Shown here piece by piece: positions 1 through 9,840 of a stretch of DNA of 64,000 nucleotides. The translations under genes were made by a program, and so were the position numbers. Under the pieces are notes generated by a model. The model made no database searches, was not told the DNA's origin, and saw only the letters and a list, made by a program, of their open reading frames with translations. The stretch lies in assembly GCA_965221165.1 (NCBI GenBank), contig CBDCRP010000002.1, positions 1,088,001 to 1,152,000 of the forward strand, read 5' to 3'. Each line of letters begins with the position of its first letter. Positions within the stretch are counted from its first letter, which is position 1. Source of the stretch: a bacterium. GTDB lineage: Bacteria; UBA8248.

Positions 1-2
1 TG

Positions 3-113
3 CCGATCGTTCCGCTGTATCAGACCTTCCGCATCTTCGGCGCGAACAAGAAGATAGACTGGAAACCGCGCGCCGACGGAAAACTGATAGCCGCCGAGGT
101 CGGCCTCAAGTAG
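3..113 (+). CDS. C-terminal end of a peptide/nickel ABC transporter substrate-binding protein (partial, window edge)
   Basis: Frame reads PIVPLYQTFRIFGANKKIDWKPRADG...K*, typical of a family-5 SBP C-terminus, directly upstream of two peptide ABC permeases. Confidence 0.75.
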   Translation, partial: PIVPLYQTFRIFGANKKIDWKPRADGKLIAAEVGLK

Positions 114-297
114 GGTTCGATTTTTCAGATAGAGGCAAAGCTCCGGCCAGGGACGCGTGAACATCTCTCTGGCCGGAGCCGTTCTCTAAACCGGGGCGCT
201 TCCCCGCCAATGCGTGGCTTGAATAGAGCGCGCTCCCTTGGTGAGGCGAGCGTCGTCGCCCTCGAAACAAGATGTATTCCTGCTGCTGGGTGGCTCT

Positions 298-1215
298 ATG
301 GCCGGATATGTTGTCAAGCGCTTGATTCAGGCAGTAGTCCTCCTCAAGTGCGTCATGATCATCGTGTTTCTCCTGCTTCACATGACGGGCGACCCCGTCC
401 TGGTGATGCTCGATACGGATGCGACCCACGAAGACATCGAGCATTTGAGAAAACTCATGGGGTTCGACCAGCCGCTGCACGTGCAGTACGGGCGTTTTTT
501 CTCGAACGCCCTGCAGGGGAATTTCGGGGAATCCACCGAACACGGCGAATCGGCCATGGGCCTCGTTCTGGAGTATTTCCCGGCGACGATAGAGATGGCG
601 GTCGGGGCCTTCGTTTTCGCCGCCCTCATCGGGATTCCCTTCGGCTGTCTGGCGGCTTTCAGAGAAGGCTCGATTTACGACAAAGGCTGTGTGGGCATCA
701 CGGTGCTGATGCAGGCGATTCCCGATTTCTGGCTGGCGATCATGTTCATCATGTTCTTCTCCGTGACGCTGGGGCTCTTGCCCTCCTTCGGGCGAGGGGG
801 TTGGGAGCATTTCATCATGCCGGCCTTCGCCGCATCCACGTATCATCTCGCCCGGCTCGCGCGGCTCATGCGCTCCCAGATGCTCGAGGTGCTGCGCCAG
901 GACTACATTACGACGGCGCGGGCGAAGGGGCTGAGCGAAAAAATCGTGCTCATGGTGCATGCCCTCAAGAACTCCTCGATTCCCATCGTCACCGTCATGG
1001 GGCTGGATTTGGGGATTCTCCTGGGTGGAACCGTGATCATCGAGGTCGTATTCGCCTGGCCCGGAGTCGGGCGCCTGGTGGTCGAGGCGATCGCGAATCG
1101 CGACTTTCCGATCGTCCAGGCCGCCGTGTTCATCCTGGCGTCGGGGTTCGTGCTCATCAATCTGGCGGTGGACCTCGTCTACGCCTATCTCGATCCGCGG
1201 ATTTCATACGAATGA
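298..1215 (+). CDS. Peptide/nickel ABC transporter permease (DppB/OppB type)
   Basis: GDP N-terminal motif, DYITTARAKGL EAA loop, FAWPGVG, YAYLDPRI end; ATG at 298. Confidence 0.92.
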   Translation: MAGYVVKRLIQAVVLLKCVMIIVFLLLHMTGDPVLVMLDTDATHEDIEHLRKLMGFDQPLHVQYGRFFSNALQGNFGESTEHGESAMGLVLEYFPATIEMAVGAFVFAALIGIPFGCLAAFREGSIYDKGCVGITVLMQAIPDFWLAIMFIMFFSVTLGLLPSFGRGGWEHFIMPAFAASTYHLARLARLMRSQMLEVLRQDYITTARAKGLSEKIVLMVHALKNSSIPIVTVMGLDLGILLGGTVIIEVVFAWPGVGRLVVEAIANRDFPIVQAAVFILASGFVLINLAVDLVYAYLDPRISYE

Positions 1216-2117
1216 GAGAACGCACGCTGGCATTTCAGGAGCAGATGGAGATAGAAGAACTCCCCGAGCGCGCGAAGATATGGGCGTCCTTGTGGCGGGA
1301 CAAATCCGCTCTCTTGGGCTGCATTATCCTATTCTGCGTAGTGACGATGGCGGTCTTCGCTCCGCTGCTCGCGCCGATGGACCCCCATGCCCAACTCCTG
1401 GACAGAAACTTAAAACCACCCATGTGGTCGGATGGCGAGAATATCTTCCTGCTCGGCACGGACCACCTGGGGCGGGATTTCCTGAGCAGGCTCATCTTTG
1501 GCGCGCGCATCTCACTCATGGTGGGTTTCTTCGCCGTATTGCTCACGGGGTGTTTTGGGCTTTTCGTGGGTCTGGTGGCGGGCTATTTCGGCGGAAAGGT
1601 GGATTTTCTGCTCATGCGGTTCGTGGATCTGGTCCTCTCCTTTCCCTTCATACTGCTGGCCCTGGCGACCATCGCCATCGTGGGGCCGAGCCTGGTCGTG
1701 CTCATACTCGTAATGTCGATGCGCATCTGGGTCATCTACGCCCGCGTCGTGCGCGGCGAGGTGCTCACGCTGCGCGAGCAGGAATTCGTCCAGGCGGCGC
1801 GGAGCATCGGCGGCAGCCATTTTCGCATCATCGTCCGCCATATTCTCCCGAACGTCCTGGCGCCCGTCATCATCATCGCTTCCCTCTATCTGGGGCGGAT
1901 GATCATCATCGAGGCGGGCCTGAGTTTTCTGGGTCTGGGGGTGCCGCCGCCCACGCCCACCTGGGGCGGTCTGCTCAGCGACGGGAAGGTGTATCTCTAC
2001 ACCTCCTGGTGGGTCGTCACCCTGCCCGGCCTGGCGATTACGGTGACGGTTCTGGGAGCGAACCTGGTGGGCGATTGGCTGAGAAACGTGTTGGACCCGC
2101 GTTTGAAATCGTTGTGA
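1212..2117 (+). CDS. Peptide/nickel ABC transporter permease (DppC/OppC type)
   Basis: LGTDHLGRD, EFVQAARSIG, RHILPN, LSFLGLG motifs; ATGA overlap with the upstream permease. Confidence 0.92.
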   Translation: MRERTLAFQEQMEIEELPERAKIWASLWRDKSALLGCIILFCVVTMAVFAPLLAPMDPHAQLLDRNLKPPMWSDGENIFLLGTDHLGRDFLSRLIFGARISLMVGFFAVLLTGCFGLFVGLVAGYFGGKVDFLLMRFVDLVLSFPFILLALATIAIVGPSLVVLILVMSMRIWVIYARVVRGEVLTLREQEFVQAARSIGGSHFRIIVRHILPNVLAPVIIIASLYLGRMIIIEAGLSFLGLGVPPPTPTWGGLLSDGKVYLYTSWWVVTLPGLAITVTVLGANLVGDWLRNVLDPRLKSL

Positions 2118-2146
2118 GTTCGTTTCGGAATGAGGAGAAAAACCAG

Positions 2147-3178
2147 ATGAGCGATCCATTGAGGGTGGCCGTGGTCGGGCTGGGCCGCTGGGGCAACACC
2201 CTGGCGTCCTATATCGAAAGAACGCCCGGGATGAAAATCACCACGTGCTTCACGAGAACGCCCGAAAAACGCCGGGCGTTCACCGAAAAATTCTCATGCG
2301 GCGAGGAGGAGAGCTACGAGGCGGTGGTAAACCACCCCGAGGTGGACGCCGTGGTCATCGCGGCTCCCAACAACAAGCACGCGGAACTCGCCATGGCGGC
2401 CGCCGAGCAGGGAAAGCACGTGTTCGTCGACAAGCCGATCGCCGCCTCCATCCCCGATGCCAAGAAAATGATACGCGCTTGCGAGGAAGCCGGCGTCACC
2501 CTGGCGGTGGGCGCGAGTTCGAGGTGGCTCCGGGGCCATCGCCTCTTCAAGAAACTGCTCGATGAGGGAACCATCGGCACCCTGGCGATGGCAGAGACCA
2601 ACTACTCGAACGACCGGGGGCTTCACTATACGCCGGACAACTGGCAATGGTATGCGGAAGGCTCCCCCGGCGGCCCTCTGCTCCAGGTGGCCATCCACCA
2701 GGTGGACAACCTCTTGTATCTCTACGGGCCGATAAAACGGGCCTCGGCGGCGTTCAGCAAGATAAAGACGAAATCGGAAATTCCCGACGTGAGCGTCGTG
2801 TGGTTCGAGTTCGAATCCGGTCTGCTCGGCACCCTGGGGACGAGCTTCATCAGCCCGCGCACCCCGAACGGACGGTACACCTATTTCATGAACGCCTACG
2901 GGGATGAGGCGAACCTCTACCACGACAGGTGGGAGGGCATCAAAATCCTGCGAAAAGACGGGGAGAAGCGTGAAGAGATTCCTTATGAGGAATATCCCAG
3001 GCAGGATTATCTGATTGAAGAATTCAAAGACTTCGCCGGCGCCGTTCGGGATAACCGCCCGCCCGAGGTGGGCGGACCCGAAGGACTCCACGTTCTGGGC
3101 GCCGTATGGGCGGCCATGCGCTCCTGGGAGCGGGGCGAGCCCGTGGAAGTGGCCGAGGTACTGGAGGAAGACGACTAG
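2147..3178 (+). CDS. Gfo/Idh/MocA family oxidoreductase
   Basis: VAVVGLGRWG Rossmann motif, GKHVFVDKP; RBS GAGGAG upstream. Confidence 0.9.
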   Translation: MSDPLRVAVVGLGRWGNTLASYIERTPGMKITTCFTRTPEKRRAFTEKFSCGEEESYEAVVNHPEVDAVVIAAPNNKHAELAMAAAEQGKHVFVDKPIAASIPDAKKMIRACEEAGVTLAVGASSRWLRGHRLFKKLLDEGTIGTLAMAETNYSNDRGLHYTPDNWQWYAEGSPGGPLLQVAIHQVDNLLYLYGPIKRASAAFSKIKTKSEIPDVSVVWFEFESGLLGTLGTSFISPRTPNGRYTYFMNAYGDEANLYHDRWEGIKILRKDGEKREEIPYEEYPRQDYLIEEFKDFAGAVRDNRPPEVGGPEGLHVLGAVWAAMRSWERGEPVEVAEVLEEDD

Positions 3179-3233
3179 ATACGAATGGCTACGGCGGGGT
3201 AGACCCGCCCATCACCTGGAAGGAAGGAGACCC

Positions 3234-4511
3234 ATGTTCGACTACCGAATGACGGATGAGCAAAAAGAGTATCAAAGAATCGCGCATGAATTCGCGCGGG
3301 ACGAAATCCGGCCCATCAGCCTGGAGCTGGACCACCAGCAAGACCCGCTCAAGTGCGCCTACATGCCCCATCTTCTCGAAAAACTCGACAAGACCGGCCT
3401 CCGGACGATGAGCATCCCCAAGGAATACGGCGGAGGCGGCGTGAACGATCTGCTCACCCACTGCATCGTGGGCGAGGAGATATCCTGGGGAGACAGGGGC
3501 GCCACGGGGTTCATGCTCTCCTCCACGAAGATCTCCCACATCCTCGCGAGCGAGCTTCTGGGAGACCCGGAACTGGCGGACTACTGGATGCGCGAGTACG
3601 TGAACGACCCCACGTTCCTCATCGGCACGGCGACGACCGAACCCGCCTCGGGATCCGAGAACCAGCTCCCCTACAACGGAGCGGACGGCGGATACCAGAC
3701 CACCGCCGTGCTCGACGGCGACAACTACATCGTGAACGGAAAAAAACACTTCATCTCCAACGTCGGCTGGGCGCGGCTCATGTTCACCTTCGTCCGCACG
3801 AACCCCGACGTGGGCGTCGAGCAGGGCGCTTCCCTGCTGATGGTGCCCACGGACGCGCCAGGCGTCCGCATGGGCAAGGTGCACAACAAGATGGGCTACC
3901 GCCTGAACCAGAACGCGGAGATCATCTTCGAGGACGCGGTGGTCCCCGCGAAATACCGCCTGGGACCCGAGAACTGCGGCGTCTCCTACATCAGGCGCCA
4001 CCTGCGCGGCGACGCCCTCATCAACGCGGCGGGCCAGATTGGCGTGGCGCGGGCCGCGTATGAGAAATCGCTCGAATTCGCGCAAAACCGCATTCAGAGC
4101 GGACGCCCCATCGCGCACCACCAATCCGTCGGTATCAAGCTCGTCGACATGTACACGAAAATCCAGGCGGCGCGCGCCTACGTGCACTACGCGGCTTGGC
4201 GACAGGACATGCGCCACGAGATTCCCATCGACCCGCCCATGACGCTCACCGCCAGCGCGTTCGCGCACGAAATCTCCTGCGACGTCACCAAGATGGCGAT
4301 GGAGATACACGCGGGCGTGGGCGTTCAGCGCGAGAACTTTCTCGAAAAATGGTTCCGCGACACGCACAACATGCTCTTCTCGAGCGACGGCGGAAACAAC
4401 ATGAAGAAGGTGCGGGCGATGTACGCCATCACCGGCGAGTGGGGCGCGCGAAGCGAGGAGGAGAACCCCGTGCCCGGCGGCGCATACGTCTCCGCCGGAG
4501 ACGGCCTCTAG
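3234..4511 (+). CDS. Acyl-CoA dehydrogenase family protein
   Basis: PKEYGGGG, TEPASGSE, NGKKHFISN, KMGYR motifs; RBS AGGAG. Confidence 0.9.
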   Translation: MFDYRMTDEQKEYQRIAHEFARDEIRPISLELDHQQDPLKCAYMPHLLEKLDKTGLRTMSIPKEYGGGGVNDLLTHCIVGEEISWGDRGATGFMLSSTKISHILASELLGDPELADYWMREYVNDPTFLIGTATTEPASGSENQLPYNGADGGYQTTAVLDGDNYIVNGKKHFISNVGWARLMFTFVRTNPDVGVEQGASLLMVPTDAPGVRMGKVHNKMGYRLNQNAEIIFEDAVVPAKYRLGPENCGVSYIRRHLRGDALINAAGQIGVARAAYEKSLEFAQNRIQSGRPIAHHQSVGIKLVDMYTKIQAARAYVHYAAWRQDMRHEIPIDPPMTLTASAFAHEISCDVTKMAMEIHAGVGVQRENFLEKWFRDTHNMLFSSDGGNNMKKVRAMYAITGEWGARSEEENPVPGGAYVSAGDGL

Positions 4512-4539
4512 GCCCATCAAGAACAAGGGAGGAAAAAGG

Positions 4540-4920
4540 GTGGCCTCACGAACGCATCATGTGCACCACGTCGCCAAGGACCCGCAGGCGGCGGCGGAAT
4601 TCTACATCAACCACTTCGGCGGCGAGTTGTTCACGCCCGAGATCGAATACCGGGGTTCCCCCTACATCAGCGTGATGCTCGGGGAGGTGGAAATCCGCAT
4701 CCGCGGCTTGAGAGCCGATGAGGACGATACGATGGCGAAGGTCGGCCGCGGCCTCCACCATTTCGGAATTCAGGTGGAAGAACTCGATGAAGTCGCCGAA
4801 CGCCTGGAGAAAGCGGGCGTCGTCTTCACGAAAAAACCCGGAGACGGCGTTCTGGGTTCGAGGACGGCCTTCATCATAGCGCCCGATAACGTCGTAATCG
4901 AACTGGTGGAAGAACCTTAA
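4540..4920 (+). CDS. VOC/glyoxalase family protein
   Basis: HHVH, FY...FG, GLHHFGIQV, APDNVVIELVE motifs. Confidence 0.88.
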   Translation: MASRTHHVHHVAKDPQAAAEFYINHFGGELFTPEIEYRGSPYISVMLGEVEIRIRGLRADEDDTMAKVGRGLHHFGIQVEELDEVAERLEKAGVVFTKKPGDGVLGSRTAFIIAPDNVVIELVEEP

Positions 4921-4987
4921 AGTCAAAAACGATACATTTTTCATGTGAGACATTCTGGGCGCCGCGAGGGCGTCCCCACTTGAGGAG

Positions 4988-6217
4988 ATGAACCTGATGC
5001 CGGGATTCGCACGGGGCCAATTCAACGTCGACTACGAGGAGCGCGTCGACGTGAGTGCGCTTCGCCAGAAGCGCGTGGACAAGGCGCAAAAAGCGATGGC
5101 CGAGGCGGGGATCGACGCCCTCTTCCTCTGGAAGGTGGAAAACGTGCGCTACCTCACGAGCATGCGGTCTTCTTTTCTGGCCCACCGCGAGGGAACGAGG
5201 AACGCCGTCATCCTCCCGCGAGAGGGAAGAGCGCACATCATGACCAACGGCGGGGAGATACCCCGCGTCTCGCGCGACATGCCCTGGATAGAAAAATTCC
5301 ATCACCTCGCGAAGATGGAAGAACAACCCCTCGTGGACAAGATGATCCGCGAGACGCTGCGCCCCCTGTTCGAGGAAATGGGCCTCATCGGCAAGAGGGT
5401 GGGCCTCGACCTCATGACGTTCATCCAGTTCAGCGCCTACCAGAAGCATCTGGACGACGTGGAGTTCGTGAACGGCGATTCGTTCATGCACAAGGTGCGC
5501 CGCCACAAGATGCCCGAGGAGATCTATATGATTCGCGAGGCCTGCGCCATTGCCGACGCCGTGAACGAAGAGGCCATGGACAGCGTGCGGGCGGGCAAAC
5601 GCGAGTGCGACGTGGCCGCGGACGCTATGAAGGTGCTCCACCACTACGGGGGCGAGATGGCGCATCTGGTCTCCCCTTTCGTCGCCTCGGGCGAGCACAT
5701 GTCCCCGCCCTACCGCTTCGCGAGCGACAAGATTATCCGAAGCGGCGACATGGTGTTCATCGACATCGGCGCGCAGTGGAACGGATATTTCGGCGACGTG
5801 GCCCGGACGATGATCTGCGGAAAACCCTCAAAACGGCAAAAGGAAATCTACACGGCCGTGCATGAATCCCTGCAGTTGGGGCTCGATCGCACGCGGCCCG
5901 GATTCACGAACAAACAGGTGGCCGAGCGGATTTGGGAGACGGGTGAGAAATACGGTTTGAGAAAAAACTGGTTCTCACTCAGCATCGGCCACGCAGTGGG
6001 CACCTCGCCAAACGAACCTCCCTACATCGGGGAGCCGGACCCGGACTCGGAAGAAGTCAACCTGGAACCGGGCATGGTATTCGCCATAGAGCCGCTCATC
6101 TGGGTGCCGGACGTACCCGGAGGCGGCGGCGTGCGCATCGAGGAGACCGTGCTCATCACCGAAGAGGGCCACGAGGTATTGACGCGCTCGCGCATGGACG
6201 ACCGCCTGCTTCTTTGA
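4988..6217 (+). CDS. M24 family metallopeptidase (Xaa-Pro aminopeptidase/creatinase-like)
   Basis: ENVRYLT, DIGAQWNGYFGDVART, GHAVG, AIEP, GVRIEE. Confidence 0.9.
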   Translation: MNLMPGFARGQFNVDYEERVDVSALRQKRVDKAQKAMAEAGIDALFLWKVENVRYLTSMRSSFLAHREGTRNAVILPREGRAHIMTNGGEIPRVSRDMPWIEKFHHLAKMEEQPLVDKMIRETLRPLFEEMGLIGKRVGLDLMTFIQFSAYQKHLDDVEFVNGDSFMHKVRRHKMPEEIYMIREACAIADAVNEEAMDSVRAGKRECDVAADAMKVLHHYGGEMAHLVSPFVASGEHMSPPYRFASDKIIRSGDMVFIDIGAQWNGYFGDVARTMICGKPSKRQKEIYTAVHESLQLGLDRTRPGFTNKQVAERIWETGEKYGLRKNWFSLSIGHAVGTSPNEPPYIGEPDPDSEEVNLEPGMVFAIEPLIWVPDVPGGGGVRIEETVLITEEGHEVLTRSRMDDRLLL

Positions 6218-6413
6218 GGCGCGCATCGTCTGGTGACGGCAACCCCTAAGAATCATCAAAACCATCGAGGAAACGAAACCGCGCCCTGCGCGGAAAAAAC
6301 GGGACGCCGCCGCGAATGTCGGTTCGACGGGTCCGCGATCTCGATTGAAGGCGAGGTATTCGAGGCGTAGAATACCCGCACGCCCTCCCCATACAAAACA
6401 AATCAGGAGGTTC

Positions 6414-7517
6414 ATGTTGGAGCTTTTCGATAGAACCGAACTAGGCGTCGCCGTCGTGGGCGCCGGACGCATCGGCACGCACCGCTCCCGCCTCGCCGCG
6501 CAGCATCCCGCCGTCCGCTTTCTCGCCATCTCGGACGCAGACCCCGAACGGGCGAAGGCCCTCGGCGCGCGCGTGGGCGCGCAGGTCACCTCAGGAAGCA
6601 ACGAGGAGGTCATCTCTCACCCCGACGTCGGCGCCGTCATCGTCTCCACCTCTGAATTCGCTCACGTGGAGCCGGTGCTTCAGGCCATCGAACTCGGCAA
6701 GCCCGTGCTGGTGGAAAAACCCATTGCGATGACTTTGGAGGACGCCGACCGCCTGCTCGCCGCAGCGGAGAAAAACGAGACCGACCTCCGGGTGGGTTAC
6801 ATCATGCGCTACAAACGGCGCTATTTCCTGGGGAAAGAACAGATACAGCAAGGCCGGCTGGGAAGGTTGATAGGTGCTACGGGCCGCGTGTTCAACACCA
6901 GGGCGCAGGCGTTCGAGATATTAAAGCGCTCGGCAGACGCCACGCCCGTTCTCGACGTGCTCACCTACTGGGTCGACATGATGTGCTGGTTCATGGAGGG
7001 AAATCCGCCGGTGGAGGTCATCTGCCGGGGAGGAGGCTTCGTATTCAAGGAGGCGGGCTATCCCAAAGTGGACGACGTGAGCTGGTCGATCATCACCTTC
7101 CAAGACGGCGCGACCGTGAACCTGGGCATCTGCTACGCGCTGCCCGCGAAATACCCCACCGCGGGGCAGAGCATCCGCCTCGAAGTCATCGGCGCCGAGG
7201 GAGTGATGCTCTTCGATGAGGATCACAAGGAGAACATCCTCTACACCGAAAAAGGCTATCCGCACGCCTATGTTCCCGACCACCACCTGCCGATGGTCTT
7301 TCTAGGCAGCACTTCGTCGGGCGACTGGGCGCTCGACACCATGTACGGCCCCATCGGCGATGAAACCAGGAGCTGGCTGGATTCTCTCTCCACGGGGCGG
7401 CCCTGCCATCTCGCCACGGCGGAGGACGCGCGCCAGACCCTGGAGGTGACCATCGCCATGGAGGAATCGGCGCGCACAGGGGATGCGGTGAAACTCCCCC
7501 TGGGCGAGGGACACTAG
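6414..7517 (+). CDS. Gfo/Idh/MocA family oxidoreductase
   Basis: VVGAGRIG, GKPVLVEKP; RBS AGGAGG before ATG 6414. Confidence 0.9.
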   Translation: MLELFDRTELGVAVVGAGRIGTHRSRLAAQHPAVRFLAISDADPERAKALGARVGAQVTSGSNEEVISHPDVGAVIVSTSEFAHVEPVLQAIELGKPVLVEKPIAMTLEDADRLLAAAEKNETDLRVGYIMRYKRRYFLGKEQIQQGRLGRLIGATGRVFNTRAQAFEILKRSADATPVLDVLTYWVDMMCWFMEGNPPVEVICRGGGFVFKEAGYPKVDDVSWSIITFQDGATVNLGICYALPAKYPTAGQSIRLEVIGAEGVMLFDEDHKENILYTEKGYPHAYVPDHHLPMVFLGSTSSGDWALDTMYGPIGDETRSWLDSLSTGRPCHLATAEDARQTLEVTIAMEESARTGDAVKLPLGEGH

Positions 7518-7689
7518 GCCATGAAGCGCCGGGGAGCCGTCGGCTCAGAAAAACACAGGCCCGGACTTGAACATATAGGCGTCCCGTGCATATATTTTCG
7601 AAAAACGCGTCGGCGACGAAACCGGGACCACGCCCGATGAAATGCGAAACGAAAGCATTGAAAACCTCTAAAATGAATGTAGCCTGAAA

Positions 7690-9216
7690 ATGCCCCCAAC
7701 GAACCCGTTTCACGCCAGAAAGAGCGGCATTTTGCTTCACCCCACTTCGCTGCCGGGCGAGGCGGGTTTCGGCGACCTGGGTTCCAGGGCGTTCGAATTT
7801 GTCGATAGCCTCGCATCCTCCGGCCAGAGCTGGTGGCAGATGCTGCCCGTATGCCCTGCGGACGAGAAGGGCTCTCCTTACGTGTCCTCATCCACTTTCG
7901 CGGGCAATCCCTTGCTGATATCGCTCAACCGGCTGGCCGAAGAGGGCCTCCTCTCTCCGAGTGATTTCGAGAACCATCGCCTTCCCGCCGAGGGGGAAAT
8001 CGAGCCGGCTCAGGCGCTACAAGCCCATGAATCGCTGCTTGAGGGGGCGTTCGAGGAGTTCTTGAACGGCGGCGGGGCGCGCGACGCGGCATTTACGGAG
8101 TTTTGTGAGGCGCATTCGGGCTGGCTCGCCGATTACGTGAGGTTCCGGGCGCTCAAGCGCGTTTCCGGCGGCTCTCCCTGGTGGGAGTGGCCCGAGGACG
8201 CGGGGAGTAATGACCCCGATGACCCTGAGTTTGAAAAAAACATCCACTACGCGCATTTCGAGCAATTCGTCTTTCACCGCCAATGGCGCGCGCTCAAGGA
8301 TTACGCCGCCGGGAAAGGTGTCGGCTTAATCGGCGACATCCCCATCTACGTCGCTCATGATTCGGCGGACGTATGGGCGAAGACGCATCTGTTCGAACTC
8401 GATGAATCGCGCAGGCCGAGCGCCTACGCGGGCGCGCCGCCGGATTACTTCAACCACGAAGGCCAGCACTGGGGGAATCCCCTGTATGACTGGGCGGCGC
8501 ACCGCGAGGAGAATTTCGCCTGGTGGAAGATGCGCCTCGCCGTGAACGTCGCCCGGTTCAACGCCTTGCGCCTCGATCATTTCATCGGCTTCGCGCGCTA
8601 CTGGGCGATTCCGGCCGATGCGGAATCGCCCAAGGACGGCGCCTGGCGCGAGGGGCCGGGAGAGGCCTTCTTCAGCGCCATGGAAGAGGAATTGGGCGCG
8701 CTTCCGCTCATCGCCGAGGATCTGGGCGCCGTGGGCGACGACGTCCACGCCCTGCGGGATCGCTTCGGTCTGCCGAGTATGCGCGTGTTGCAGTTCGCCT
8801 TCGACGGCAGCCCGGACAACCCCCATCTCCCCCACAACATTCCCGAGAACGCGGTGGTCTACACCGGCACGCACGACAACGACACGGCTCTCGGCTGGTT
8901 CCACGGCGCGGACCCGATTCTCCGCAACGAATCGCCCGCCGGTTTCGCCATCTCGCGCGCCACGGCGCTCAGAACCTTCGGGGGCGAACCCGAGGACATC
9001 CACTGGTCGATGATCCGCGCGGCGATGAAATCACGAGCCGCGCTCGCCATCATTCCCGCACAGGACGTCCTGGGTCTCGGCAACGAGGCCCGCATGAACC
9101 GCCCCGGCGTCTCGCTGGGCAACTGGGTCTGGCGGATGAAGGAGGGCGCATGGAACGGGGATATTCAGGCGAGACTCTTGGGTCTAACGCAGCGCAGCGG
9201 CCGAGCGCCGGAATGA
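7690..9216 (+). CDS. malQ: 4-alpha-glucanotransferase (amylomaltase, GH77)
   Basis: SGILLHPTSLP, GDIPIYV, GQHWGNPLY, RLDHFIG, IAEDLG, YTGTHDNDT. Confidence 0.95.
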   Translation: MPPTNPFHARKSGILLHPTSLPGEAGFGDLGSRAFEFVDSLASSGQSWWQMLPVCPADEKGSPYVSSSTFAGNPLLISLNRLAEEGLLSPSDFENHRLPAEGEIEPAQALQAHESLLEGAFEEFLNGGGARDAAFTEFCEAHSGWLADYVRFRALKRVSGGSPWWEWPEDAGSNDPDDPEFEKNIHYAHFEQFVFHRQWRALKDYAAGKGVGLIGDIPIYVAHDSADVWAKTHLFELDESRRPSAYAGAPPDYFNHEGQHWGNPLYDWAAHREENFAWWKMRLAVNVARFNALRLDHFIGFARYWAIPADAESPKDGAWREGPGEAFFSAMEEELGALPLIAEDLGAVGDDVHALRDRFGLPSMRVLQFAFDGSPDNPHLPHNIPENAVVYTGTHDNDTALGWFHGADPILRNESPAGFAISRATALRTFGGEPEDIHWSMIRAAMKSRAALAIIPAQDVLGLGNEARMNRPGVSLGNWVWRMKEGAWNGDIQARLLGLTQRSGRAPE

Positions 9217-9295
9217 GATCGGTCCAGTGTGCTATTTGATTTCAAAGACAGAGGCAAGGGAGTTTAGGTTTGGTAAAAAAACGAGTGCGCATCAT

Positions 9296-9835
9296 TCATG
9301 ACCCCGATAAAGCACTTCTTAACTTAGCAACGAACTCAACAGCCTCCCGAGCCTCGCCCGGACTGATGTGAGGCTTTAACTCGACGATTTTTGCCGCTAT
9401 ATCGCCATCATCAACTTCTTCGTGATTTTTAGAAACGTAATACGCCGTGGCGTATCTCTCCAAAGCCGTTACACCCATATCGGCGAATTCATCCGCAATT
9501 TTTTGAACCCTATCGATATATCGTTCAATTGGTTTTGGATACGTTTCCTTCAAGAGCTCCGCATTTTCGCCGGGTATCAGCTTCGGACCATACGGTCGTT
9601 GTTGTGGTTGCAACTTCAAAAGGTCTTTCGCCCGCATCCAGGATATTTCATCGCTTAAGTCAAAGGAAAAAGGGCCGTGCTTGTAAAGAATAAAATCGAA
9701 TTCCAGCGGAACTTCCAATAAATCCTGCAAAAAATAGGTGCCTTTTTGAACGTGCGTTTCCCCGCACCAACTATCACCGTCTCTGAGTCTCTCAATCAAA
9801 GACAACATGATAGCGGCTCTCTCGAATCGCTCCAT
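9296..9835 (-). CDS. YwgA/DUF4065(SocA)-like hypothetical protein
   Basis: QKGTYFLQ and F.LYKHGPFS motifs resemble YwgA/Panacea-fold proteins; 5 bp downstream of the HD gene; AT-rich. Confidence 0.6.
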   Translation of the reverse strand: MERFERAAIMLSLIERLRDGDSWCGETHVQKGTYFLQDLLEVPLEFDFILYKHGPFSFDLSDEISWMRAKDLLKLQPQQRPYGPKLIPGENAELLKETYPKPIERYIDRVQKIADEFADMGVTALERYATAYYVSKNHEEVDDGDIAAKIVELKPHISPGEAREAVEFVAKLRSALSGS

Positions 9836-9840
9836 CTCTC

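Noticed and set aside
106-2159. Long alternative ORFs (106..960 minus, the 5' extension of 210..2117, 1280..2146 extension, 1512..2159 minus)
   Set aside because: Shadow frames of high-GC coding DNA overlapping well-supported ABC genes; the true starts are internal
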